Below, in pieces: positions 49,269 to 61,387 of a stretch of DNA of 64,000 bases (within the stretch, counting starts at the first letter, position 1; every line of letters starts with the position of its first letter). Below the pieces are notes generated by a model that saw only the letters and a program-made list of their open reading frames with translations, was not told the origin of the DNA and did not search any database. This stretch comes from Amoebophrya sp. A120 (Eukaryota; Protista; Dinoflagellata). Location: positions 3,047,714 through 3,111,713 of the forward strand of contig CAJINV010000003.1 of NCBI GenBank assembly GCA_905178155.1, in the 5' to 3' direction. Made by a program: the position numbers and the translations under genes.

Positions 49269-52200
49269 TCACCCGACCTCGATGAGGGGCGTCGAGCCGT
49301 CCGGCGCTTGGTGGTAGGCGTGCTGTCCGCGCTCGCGGACGATTTGCAAGTCTTGCAGGAGCACGTTCACGATCTTGTGGGTGTCCTATGAGAGTGCACA
49401 ACTCCCCCTCCCCCTCATTTGTATTGCATGAACATCAGCAATACCAACACCAGCACACGTGGACCCTGTGCATGACAAATTCATGCGCCTAGTGTAGTAC
49501 TGTCTGGGCTTCTGGCATCTGTCATGCAAACAGTGCCACAGGGAAGAACTTGGATTTGGGCTTTTGCATGACAAATGAGGGGGAGGGGGAGGGGGAGTTG
49601 TGCACTGTCATATGTCCTTGATTTCCCCCGCCACGCGGCGTCCGCGCGCCTCCAGGGCGTCCAGCATCGCGGAGTCCGCCTGGTAGAAGGGCACGGCCAT
49701 TCGGTACTCGAAGAAGGCACCCAGCCAGTTCTTGGCCCGCTGGTACACCTGTCCGAGAAGAAAATGAAACTGCCCCTCCTCGTCGGGCTGGAGCTGCAGC
49801 GCAACATCCGCTGCCTGCTCCTTCGACTTGTTGTTCCCCTCCTCGTCCTCCTCCTGGGCCAACCCGCGCTCCAGGATCTTCCGCGCCAGAAACCCGGCTT
49901 CCTCGGTGTACTCGGTTCCATACGCTAGCGTGAGCTCCACGAGCTCCGCCGCCGTTTTGATGGTGACCAGCTCGCCCGTGATGGAGTCCGGCAACGCAGC
50001 GAAGTTGATCGCCTGCTTGGCGAGACCGACTTTCCCCGTTCGCATCGCAGCCATGCCGAGCCAGGCCCAAATCTCCGGGCGCGTGCCGTCCCGCAAGTTA
50101 CTTTCGCGCAGACACAGCAAACCCTTCTCCGAGGCGGACGCGTCCGTTTCGGCGAGCTTCAACCAGCAAACCTGCACAACATTGTTGAAAACAGTTTCTC
50201 AGAAATTTTGATCATGGTCGTCGTGGAACATGGTGTCACTCGTGCGTATCATCAATTCACTGCAAGAACAGAAGTGAACAAAAGGAAATTGAAATCAATT
50301 TACTCCAGCCATCAGCCAGGCTTGTGAACTCGGGAAAACGGCTAAGCTCCGTTGATACATGGCACTACCCTCTGCGTAGAGTCCCGCTTCCAAGTAGATG
50401 CGTCCCAGCCGCAGCAGCAGCACCGGGTCTTCGTTTGCGCCTGTCTGCAAGAAAGTGAGCGCCTTCTCGAATGCCTCTCTGCTCGGGGCCAACGAGTTCA
50501 ACCGAAACTCACACTCACCTGGATTTTGTTTTTCGGCACCCTCATCGGTCGGAACTTGAACTACTGTTTCTGTTGTCGAGCTTGTTCCGCGTAAAAACAG
50601 CAGCTGAACACCATGCGACTATGAAGAAGAAACGTGTGATAATTCTGTGAAACTATGCAATTTTTTCTTATACCGAGCAAGATCCAGGCTTCGGAATTCC
50701 GGTCCGTCACGCTCTCGATTAGGTTTTTCAATGCTTTCCGCGCCTTGCCGAAGCTTTGCTGGAGCATGTAAGCCTTGACGATCTGCAGCCGGCACCGCTC
50801 GCTCTGTCGGGTCTTTTCGGTGACGATGAAGCGCACGAGCCCTTCGTCCTCCTCCGGATTTCCGTCCATGTGATCCAACAGAAACAACACGAGGTCCGCC
50901 ATCCCCAGGCTGAGTAGCTGATCAATCACGTCCAGCACCCTCCTGTCCGCGCCGTCCGGCAGCGCCCGCACGGTGGCGGCGTGCGGGAAGGCGGGAAACT
51001 TCTTCGCGAAGCCTTCCACGCTGGTGGTTTCTGCGTCGCTGCCGCTTTTCGGCTCGGCAGCCGGCGTTCTAGCGACGTCCTCCAGAAACGTTGCCAGGCC
51101 CCGTTGCGCCAGCTCGCGTTTGCTCAGCGACGAAAAGCTGTCTTCCCGCTCCGGGAGCGCTTGTCCAAAAAAGGTCTTCTGCTTTTGCGCCAACGACCAG
51201 TATTTGGACGCGCTCCTTGAGTTCCCCGCGTACGCCTGCACCAGGAAGAGGAGAAAATTCCCGGCAAAGGAGGACGGGATGCGGCGCGCGCACTCGGCCG
51301 CGAAAAGCTCCGCGGAGTCGTAGCTTCGGGCGGTGAGTTGCAAGCAGCTCATGAACAAAAGACCTGCACAAGAATTTTCGCTTTGTTATTGTTCCTTTCG
51401 CCACTGAGTATGCACAGCCACAGCCTGCAGGGAAACTACGCTATAAATTTCCAGAACGAATACTTACTCTTTTCTTCTCCGATGAACAAGTCCGATAAAG
51501 AACTAGGTGCTCAAAAAATGAACTCAATCGTAAAAAAAAAGTACTGTCAACCGGAACGCGGTCCAGGGTGCGCACGATGCTGATGGAGTGCGTGAGCGCC
51601 CGGACCGCTTCCTCCCGGTTTCGCAGGCACCGCATGCAGAACCGGGCATAGTCGACCCACACGGCGGCGTCGATGTGGTTCCTGGTCAGCTGGAGCCGCC
51701 TGGCCCACACGCGCCCCGCGCGGGGCCGGTCCCCGATCATCTCCGATTCGAAGGCGAGCTGGCGGTACTGCGCGTCGCGCGTCGCTTCCTGCTTCCGCAG
51801 CTCGGCGGGCCGCCAAAACTCCTCGGGTTCGTAGGCGGAGTCGGGGTTCTTCCACAAGCTCGTGTCGCGCCGCCACCCGTACTTCGCATGCTCGCTGTTG
51901 ATGGTGCAAAAGATCAACGCACAAAGCTCGCGACTCATGTCGGTGTATTTGGCGTCGCGCTCGTCGCCGTACAAACCGGCGCAGGGTAGCCGATCCCGCC
52001 CGTACGCCACCACCCGACTCCGGACTAAGCGCTGCAACGCTGGTCGCAGGGCCTGTGGAAAATGGAAAGGATGGAATTATTAATAATACAGGGTCAGCAA
52101 CTGCAATTGTCGGCGCCGCAATTCAGAACCGACGCTCTTAAATAAGGAAGTGAAAACCAATCTATGTATGGCGCGAAACTCTTCGGAAGGGCGGGCGAGA

Positions 52201-55200
52201 ACCACGGGCTGTACAAGGAAATAAGCAAAGAAGTTGAGGAAGCAAAACAGTCCAGGATGTTCAACTTTTCCATCGCGAAGCGGCGCCCGGTCAAAGTTGC
52301 TTTCAAGAAGAACTGACCAGTGCCTAGTAAGAGAGCGAGCACCAGTTCTCGACGTCCAGCATCGCTTAATATTCATGATAGAAAATTACTCATCTTCGCC
52401 GGTGGTGCAGCACTTACCTTTAGCAAAGGCGATCCCTCCTCTCCGCCACTTTCGATGCGATCCAGCAGGTCGCGCCACCCGAGCGGGCCGAGCAGCTGAT
52501 TCCGGTCCAGACAACCGAGCTCCGTTGCGTACTTTGCGTAGTCGCGTCCCAGCACCGCCAAGGCGTTGATGACCGCCTCCTCGAAGTCCTGTTCCGGCGT
52601 CTTCTCGGGCTTCTTCGGCCGCGGGTCGTTCGCGAACAGGGGCTGGACCTGCGCCTCGCGGAGGGCCGGCTCCGTACGCGGGCAGACCTTGTTGGGGGCG
52701 TCGAGGAACTTATCCAGGAAAAAAAGTGTGTAAGTGTGACTTTGTAGGATGATTAGCATCACAAATTCGCTTGCATGACAGAAAAAACCTGTCATGCGCG
52801 GTTAGTACGTCAAAACACGGAAGTTCTGAGCTTGTAACGCACACCCAGCATGACAAGCGTGACAGTCTTGCATCATCCGCAACACAAACTTACACTTTTT
52901 ACACAGTTTTTTTCTTGCATAGAACTGCACGGAGAACTTCACGTACGTGCCGTTCAGAAAGAAGGGGTCCGCGGCGCTGTCCTCCGGCGCGGCGGCGTCC
53001 GGGGGGCAATTGGCGGCCAGGCGGGTGAGCGGCACGGTGAACGAACTGCTGGAAGTGAGCAGGTCCTTCGATATCTGGAACCCGCCTTCTGCGTGGTGCC
53101 ACCGCGCGCTTTTCGCCGCACCGGCGTCCGTGCTGCTCTCGAAATCGGCGGCAAGCGGCAGCGGGTCATTTGCCACCTTGGGAAAAAAGTGTAGATACCG
53201 GGAGGAGGTGGACGACGAACTGGTCGCATTGCAGAACTGCTGCACCCACGCGCGGCTCTTGTAGCACGTGACGGTTTTCGACCCCGCCGCCCCGGTACTG
53301 GACCACGTTATGGACGGCAGTTCTGCTTCGTTCACTTCGTTCGGAATAGAAATCCCCGCGCTCGGCGTCGCGCTGAACAGCTGCTCGAAGCTCAGTTTCT
53401 TCTCCTCCAGAAAAGACACGAGTCTCAGTACGGGCGAAGCATCCTCCGCCGGAACCGCATGGACGGCATTGAATTCCTCTGCCGTCACGCAGCCGTCCGA
53501 ATGCAGCAACAAGAAGGCTATTGTCGCGTCCTGAAATAGAAGAAATTTTGCGCTTCATGTTTTAATATTCTTGGTGGCGTGTCGAGATAGAGTCCGTTTG
53601 CATGCGCTAGACCCAATCACACATGCACAATTCAACATCTCCCTGTTTCTAATCGTAAAAAAATCAAGAGAACGTCATGTGCACCTCACGTACGATTGCT
53701 TTCGTACCTGAGAAAGCTTTGCCGCATCCCAAGCAGCCTCAAAATCCCGAAGCGACAATTCTTCCGCATCCGTGAATTCCGTCCAAGCACTGCACTCACT
53801 GCTTAACATTGCGGGCGAAAACGTTTCCGTGAGCAGTCGTTCGAGCAAGTCCGCATCGGCCTGGCGCCACAGACCTGCACAGATTGTGATTTTTGTATAG
53901 TTTTCATCGGCTGCATACTACGTGTACCGGGTCGATTTCTTTTTTAACCTGCCTAGAAATGAAGATCCGCCGGGCCTCACCTGTTTTCCTCAGGTCCAGG
54001 AAGGTAAACACCCGTCCCGCTAACTCCGAATCCGAAAATCCAAGTGTAGCGACGGTCTCGCAGAACGCAGTGGCCGAAATTTCCGACGGGCTGTCCACTG
54101 CGGTCAACACCTCCTGAAAAAAAGCGTGGAAGTTGCCCCAGTTGTTGGCAATCCATTTTCCCAGGGTCCGGCTTTCCTGGAGCCGCTTGCCGAGCGCCTG
54201 GGGCAGCAGGTCCAACGCCAGAAACTGGGCTTTCCCCAGCGGCTCGGCGCTCGGGCCGGCTAATCGGCCGAAGACACCCTTAGCCAAATCGCCGTCGTAG
54301 CCCAGCTCGGTTGCTTTTGCAACGAACGTGTCGGCGGAAACCGAGGTAGCAGCCTGCGGTGGTAGTTTGACAAGAAGCATTGTGGACAAACATAAATGTA
54401 CACACACACTAGGTTCTCTGCAAAAAATAAAGTTTTTTTTCAAATGTAACTCTGGAGCTGCACGGGAAGAAGTAAGTGATGATTTATACCTCGCCCTCTG
54501 TCGCCGCGAAGGCTGCAAATCCCCCCACGCACGACTCGCAGTTTTCGACCAAGAAGCTGCGGAAAGCTCCGAGGTCGACTGGTGCTTCGGTTTTGTCCAC
54601 GAGAGCCGTGTAATCATCTGCGGTCACGCAATCCTGGGCGAAGCAGGCCCACAAAGCTTCCACGTCTCCACGAAAGCCTGCGCGCTCAAGCGCCGATCCA
54701 AAATCCTCCCGAAACACGCGCGTCTGATCGTCATCACAGTTTATTTTTTCAAAAATCCGGTGGTAAGAAGTAGTGTCAGATGAGCTCAAGAAATTTTCTT
54801 CATCGTACCTACGTGAAAGTAAAAAGCAAAACAAAGGGCCCGTTCTTGACTATATCATCTTCTACTCCTTCCCTTTGGTGCCACTCGCTGTATATTGAGA
54901 AAGTTTCCTTCTACCGGTGGTTTTTCGACTGCGCCGGCGGCACCGCTGCTTGCGCTCGAGGGACGGTCCTCTCCGCTGGCCGGCGGGTCGGCCGAGGTGG
55001 ATTCGCGTGGCGGCTTCCACACGCGCCCATTGTCGAAGGGAACGTCCAGAATGCGCAGTTGGTAGCTGAAGCCGTGGTCCTCCAGGACCCGGCCCTCCGG
55101 TTCGGCTTCCCCCTTGGGGACGAGCGTTGCCGGCAGCGAGTAGACCCCGTCGACCGTCACGGCCACTTTGCACCAGTCCTCGTGGTCTTCCGCGGGCGGC

Positions 55201-55965
55201 TTGTACAGCACCAGCGGCTCCACCTCGGACGCGTGATAAACTGTGACGCGCACTTGCAGCTCCATGCCCGGGGGCTGCGCGACCGCGGCCACCACGTTGG
55301 TTCTTTCGTTGGTGCCGTCCGGGCCCGGCGTGCGGGGGGGCGAGGCGGCCGGGCTCGTAGTTGGAGGGTCGTCGGCGGCCGGTTCGGCGGTGGCCGAAGA
55401 TTTCAGCGTCACGACGCCAGACAGGTCCATGGTCGGCGCGCTCTGCAGCAGCAACGCGTCCAAACCGTCAAACTGGCACGCGCCAAGCTCGTCTCCGTTT
55501 TCGTCCACGAGCGCTGCGCGAAGCCCCACGCCGCAAACGCCATCCAAAAAAACATGTTCCGCGCACGTCGTGTGCGACACGTACTGCGGCTCCGCCTCCG
55601 GGTCTGTGCTTTTCGATTTCGTTTTTGAAAAACCCCTAAAAGGTGGCAATGATACTAGGCAAGAAGGCTGCAAGGCGGGAGCACGTAGTTTATGAATGGA
55701 ATGCTTGTCGGTCCTCTTCTCTGCGACTTGTCGCAATAAATTGAGAGGCGGCAGCGCCCGAGAAGTAGACGCGGAAAAAGCGACACGTGTGTAGTATACA
55801 TAGTAAGTAAGTTGTACCTTCGCTTGCGAATGCCCACCGTCCGTCTTCGGTCCTCTTTGCGTCGCCGGAGCCTAGCCCTGAAAATGTCAGGCCGCACGAT
55901 TCCGGAACATCGGGGGAGTCCGTTAGCCCGAGGACCTCCACCGCGATGGAGACTTCGCGCTCCAT
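49269..55965 (-). CDS. CFAP70: CFAP70/TTC18-like ciliary TPR protein, more than 10 exons
   Basis: VAVTVDGVYSLP segment; YRQLAFESEMIGD...VWVDYARFCMR; multiple C-terminal TPR helices (DPVLLLRLGRIYL, PSSQAWL, PEIWAWLG). Last exon ends PLIEVG*. Confidence 0.7.
49387..49612. mobile_element. Introner family C
   Basis: TIR over 30 bp, TATGAGAGTGCACAACTCCCCCTCCCCCTC. TGTCC at 49382-49386 and 49613-49617. Excision gives EIKDTHKIVN. Confidence 0.93.
52711..52921. mobile_element. Introner family A, opposite orientation to 1326-1528
   Basis: TATCCAGGAAAAAAAGTGTGTAAGTGT ... ACACAGTTTTTTTCTTGCATA. GAACT at 52706-52710 and 52922-52926. Excision gives FSVQFLDAPNK. Confidence 0.93.
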
Positions 55966-57849
55966 TGGATTGGTGCGTCGGCGCACGACCGCGTTACAAT
56001 ATTCTAAGCTAGCACAATCGGGTGCGGCACCATGGCCCACCGCCGCGCTGATGCTCCCGTCTACGTGATCTCTGCATTTGGATTTGCAACAGTCTTGACT
56101 GGAAAGAGCGAACGATTTGTCTCGTACAAGCTTCTTCTGCGCTAGCCCCTCTATGCGTAAGTCGAGCTCGTGTCCCCTCCACTCAGCGCTCTCACGCGAT
56201 TCGACACGATCGAAAAGACACGCTCGCCGACCGGGATTTTCCTGCGATTACGAGAGTTTTACGTTCACTTCAGCGGGCGCTCTGCGACCTCAGCTACACT
56301 CTTCTCTCAATCAGCGCCTACGCAAGCACCACGGCAAATTGTATTCCTCGCCTAGCCGCCCAAAAAAAAGCGAGCGGTGCGGTCCGCGTTTCCCTTACCT
56401 TGCAATCCAACAGGGGCGGCTTCGTCACGAACGCCGACTCGCTTATCGCCAAGCCGGAGCCGCCCGCAACGGTGATGGCGCCGGAGTGATAAAAACTCGC
56501 CGTCGTGGGCGAAGCTACACAACACTCCAAAGCGGGGAAAAAGAAGCGACGAAAATGCCCGAAAATGAGCGCTCCAAGGTCAGTACTTCGAACGGGGGGC
56601 TTTCCGCGGCGGTCCCGGAGCAGCAGGAACTTTGAAAACGAAGCCAAGACCGCTCGCGCACGACCACGGCGTCCGACGCGCGCGGGATTTTTTGCAAGCG
56701 GGCGCGCACATCGTGCATAGTTTCGCACCGCCGAAACCCGAGACTGCGCCGAGCGGCCTTACGTGGCGCGAAACTATAGAAGCACGCACCTCGATGCGGC
56801 CCAGCCCCGGCCCCGAAAAGCTTCGCAGAGAAGAAGCCCGACCGCGAACGAAGGACGCTGTGCTGCGGAGCCCGATACGGGCGAGATTTTTAACGCGCCG
56901 CCAGACTTGTAGGCAATGCCGAGCGGGAGGCCTGTGGCAATGGAGACAGGCGCCGTCGAGACGAGGCGAGGGGCCGGGGCGGAGTGATTGGGCGCACGTC
57001 GAGCCTACCGGCCTCCGCAGGTGACCGCCTGTCATGGTGCACTCCTTAATAGGGGCCATTAAGACCATGGCATGCCAACCATGGGTCTGCTGGGCGCTGC
57101 CCAAGGGTGCCTGTTTACGAAGCGATCCCAGGGGACTGCCAGCTATTGAGTAATAGCAATGATATGCCTGAAGTGCGATCCTTTAGGGAGTATAGAGGTG
57201 GCATAACACTACTTATGTCCTTTGACTGGGTCTCTTCTCATGATCAAAAGCGTGCTCCTCAGAGTAAGAAAGAGAGTAATCACATCGATGAGCCCCTTGC
57301 TTGGAATATTTTGCGTCTACTTTGTTGAATGACATAAATTCGCCCCATTTTTACCATTATGGCGGAGATTGTGTCATGGAAGTAGCTACACTCGCAAGAT
57401 TTTCTCATTATGATAATCAGCGCTGTAATATTTTCCACAGCTGCAGGGAAAATTGTTACAACTTACAACGGTGATGGCCAAAATTGCAAGATTTTGGTCT
57501 GGTTGTTGTGTAAATACGAAAAAAATATCGCGATAATTGTTAAAGTTGTAAGATTTTTTACTGTAATCGTAGGCCACTTTGCAAGATTTCCCGGCATTAT
57601 TGTTAAACTTTGTCCGAGATTGAGCTAAGAAGGCAAAATTTTTCCAAGAGCGCAACTAAAATTGCAAAAGTTTGGCGCGTTGGCAGCAAAATGCGCGAGG
57701 TTTTATCACGGCGGCGGCCATAGTCACAGTATTTGGCCGCGAGACGTGCCAGCATTGGAAAAATTTGCCCTGGTTCCGCCAAAATTGCGAGCACCTTGCA
57801 AAAATAAACAGGGGCAGTGACCCTGATCACAAGAAAACTGCCAAACGAT

Positions 57850-58520
57850 GCCCCATTGGCAGGCGTGATTGTAAGACTGCGCCCCCATGGTGGCCAGGAG
57901 TGCAAGAATGTGCCCGAGTGGCGGCTACGAGCGCAAAAATATGCCCCAGTGGTGACCAGAAGCCTGAGAATCTGCCATCGTGCCGGCCAGGAGCGCGAGA
58001 GTGTGCCCCTGTGGTGGCCGGAAGCGCGATAATATGCCCCCATGGTGGCCCGGATCGCGAGAATATGCCCCGGCGGCAGCCGGGATCACGAGAATGCGCC
58101 CGCAGGGTAGCTGGGATCGCAAGACTATGCCCCCGCGGCAGCCGGGATCGCAAGACTATGCCCCTGCGGCGGCCGGGATCGTAAGAATCTACCCCCGGGG
58201 CGGCCGGGGTCGCAAGTATGTGCCCTTGCGGCGGCCGGGATCGCGAGTATATGCCCCCGCGGCCGCCGGGATCGCGAGTATATGCCCCCGCGGCCGCCGG
58301 GATCGCGAGTATATGCCCCCGCGGCGGCCGGGATCGCGAGAATATGCCCCCGCGGCGGCCGGGATCGCGAGAATATGCCCCCGCGGCGGCCGGGATCGCG
58401 AGAATATGCCCCCGCGGCGGCCGGGATCGCGAGAATATGCCCCCGCGGCGGCCGGGATCGCGCGAATATGCCCCAAAGGCGGCCGGTTCGGCGCGAATAT
58501 GCCCCGGCTGCGGCCGGGAT
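57850..58520. repeat. GC-rich 31-bp minisatellite (ATGCCCCCGCGGCGGCCGGGATCGCGAGAAT)n
   Basis: Near-identical units at ~58250-58470, increasingly degenerate leftwards. The 31-aa period in the overlapping ORFs equals three units. Confidence 0.95.
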
Positions 58521-60118
58521 GGCGGGATTACGGCCTCCGCCTCCGTGCCTCGATTTGTGCTTCGCGCGGCCGAAAGGCGGCTAGCCCTCTGGACTCGTCC
58601 GCACCGGCGCGCCCCCGTGCGCTTGCGATGCACGCCGGGAGGCCTCGCACCACACGCGGCCCACCTAGTGAGTGCGTGGCGCGTGGATTGCGTGCGAAGA
58701 CAATCGAAGGGGCCCGCCGGAAAAACGCGGCAGCAGTGTTCAGGAATCCCGAAGAGCGAAAAGCTGAAACGCGAACGCAACCAATTCACACGTAGGCGCA
58801 CCAACCCGACCGCGATCTGTACTAGTAGCCCGACGCCATCCGGGCTGTTATGATCCCCAAGAGAGCCCCGCGATCAAATTCAAATCAGCAACTCTGCGAC
58901 ACAAGTTCCATGCGACCTTGGGTCCTAATCCGCATTACGATTTTCGTTTTTTTTCCCATCAACTACACGCCCTTTTTTCCTTTGGTACGTGAGGGCCCTG
59001 CTTGTTTACGAAAGGCGTATAGAAAGCTTCAACTATTGCGGCGCAATCGCGGTCCTATAGTTTGAGAAAACTTCTTTTGCGGTTCCCAGACATTTTCAGC
59101 CGCATACGTAGCTAAAAGCGCTAGCCTCTAGGCACAGACTCCAGATACTTTTCTAACACTGAATGGCGACTCTCTCGGCGGACGACTGCACGTCGGGGCT
59201 TCTTCCCGCGGGATCCGCGCTGGTATCGAAAACGGGGCGAACTCTTTACGCAACGCAGGACAGCGAGGTCAAGTCTGCTGCTGCATCTCGAGCACCCTCG
59301 CAACTAAAATAGTTTTGAATTCCTCATAAGTATTTCGTTGAAGTGCTCAGCTCTATTCTCAATTAACCTGTATACACATACAAATGCGGGAGCAGACAAA
59401 CCGAATCCAGAAGGCGTATACTCTCTCGCTTCGGATCTCGAACAAAGAGAAGCAGTATGTAGCCACATATCCACCCTGCAGCTGGTCTGCAGCCCAGGCG
59501 CTTTTTTTCGCTGTTTGCCATCGACTTGGGGGAGCTGGTTTTTCAATCGTTTCAACTTTGTTTGACCGGGTTACGTGGCGTTCGTTGGATCGGTAATCAG
59601 TTGTCGTGTAATATACCTCTGTGGCTTTAAAGAGCCAGTCACGTCGTCCAGTGCGAGGGTTTTGTCGAGTATGGGACGGGGATCATCGATGGCTTTGCAG
59701 GCTTTTCTGAGCGAACATCGGCAAATAAAAAGATAGCTGCTTCGCTCCGCAAACATTCTCGAGGACAAACGTAGGGCATTTGTCGTATTCGTCTTTTTGT
59801 GTTGCCACGTTGACAAGGCCTGCTAGCTCAGAAACAGCAACGCTCCTTGACACAACCACAATCCTAAAAAGGGTTTTTTTTTCTCGTCGACTGACTGTAG
59901 ATAAGTATCCAGGTAGGTTACGACTGAAAAGAAAATCCACACATCGTGTCGAATCTTGGTGCCAGATTGCAGGCCCCGGGAAGTACGTATTTTGTTCAAA
60001 GTTGTCTACTTGCAGTGTCGGCGTTACGTAATGCAATAGACGACTGTCAGCCACTCTTTGATATTAATGCTGCGCTACCTAATGGCAATGCTAATGCTCC
60101 CTTCAGGTTCCAGCCGAG

Positions 60119-61104
60119 ATGAAATACCTAGTGTCAGCCGGCCAGGCGCCAATGTTTTCGAAGGGAGCCGCCGGGTCATGGTGGTTCCCAAAACCCGAGA
60201 TCCGTGCAAGTGATGCGAATAACCCTAACCAAACCTCCTCGCACACGATGAAAGCGCTGGAAGCACGGGTGATGGGCCTCGAGGACAAGGTCCAAAAAAT
60301 CGATGTAACTGCGGCGGAAGCGAAAAAAGAGGCCATGTTTGCCCGCGAGGATGCTACCGCGGCGCGCTCGGAGGCCCGGGCAGCCCGGCAAGACGCATGG
60401 ACGGCAAAATTGGATGCAAAAATCACCACGGTAAGGCAATTTAAGTGGGCTTGCTTGCTCTCGATGTGCATAAAAATGATGCTGCGACTTTCACGGTGTT
60501 TAAGGAATGCATAAGGTGCCGCGCAGGATAACGCGCCGCGGATACCCGCATTCCTTTCTTTCAACAAGGGAAAGGATAGCATGCGCGAATGACTTCCCAG
60601 TCACTTGCTTTTTTACTGTCACTGGAGCCAGCCGCTAGGGTTGCTGACAAAATGGTCACTCTATCAGCAAAAACACTCATCCAGGCGCACTCATTGATCA
60701 AGGACTTCCACTGCAACGTCCTACAAGGGGAAGAAAGCGGCATCCGGCTATCCAGCGGGAGGCTCTACTCGAGCTTGGAGCACTTGCCAAAATTTTCGGA
60801 CCTGCAGGTCCGCTGGCATCTGGTGATTAACAGCGGGGATTTGGGGTTGATGAAGAAGGAGGCTGTTGCGATTTTCGAGAAGGGGACTCTGTTGCAGCAT
60901 GAGGCGGAGCAAATGATCAAGGCCACGGCAAATCGCGCGCGAGATTTCCCGCCTGCCTACGTCGTCATGGCTTCCAATCTCCACGAGCTGGCGAAAATGC
61001 TCCAGAGCCTCGCGGTGGCGACCCAAATGCTGATCCAGGGACCCTTGGGCGACAAGGACCCAGACTCAGCGACCGCCTCCACCGTTTCCTCCGCCCGAGG
61101 GTGA
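60119..61104 (+). CDS. Hypothetical coiled-coil protein, probably two exons
   Basis: Heptad-like MKALEARVMGLEDKVQKIDVTAAEAKKE. A GTAAGG donor follows ...ITT, with in-phase AG acceptors early in the 60589-61104 ORF. Confidence 0.5.
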
Positions 61105-61208
61105 AGCGCTAGCAAGAGTGTAGAAGTAGAAACTACTATACACACTCTAGACAAGGTTTCTATCTAGAGTTATCAAGTCAATGTTTATGCTTAAGCATTT
61201 GCAACGAA

Positions 61209-61387
61209 TGTGTGCGCTATGCTGTCGCCAAGAAATGTTTATACACTGTTGAAGCTGGAGGCACTGCTGCGTAAAATGTATTATGATGGATCAACTGTGT
61301 GCGTTATGCTGTCGCCAAGAAATGTTTATACACTGTTGAAGCTGGAAGCACTAATATTGTGCTGCGTAAAATGTATTATGATGGATC
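61209..61387. repeat. Tandem duplication, 2 x ~87 bp
   Basis: TGTGTGCGYTATGCTGTCGCCAAGAAATGTTTATACACTGTTGAAGCTGGA... starts at 61209 and again at 61296. Confidence 0.9.

Noticed and set aside
51364-51550. Apparent donor/acceptor pair offset by one base
   Set aside because: An in-phase canonical GTACTT donor a few bases further explains the junction.
57672-58853. Long ORFs on both strands over the minisatellite
   Set aside because: They are by-products of a stop-free GC-rich 31-bp repeat.
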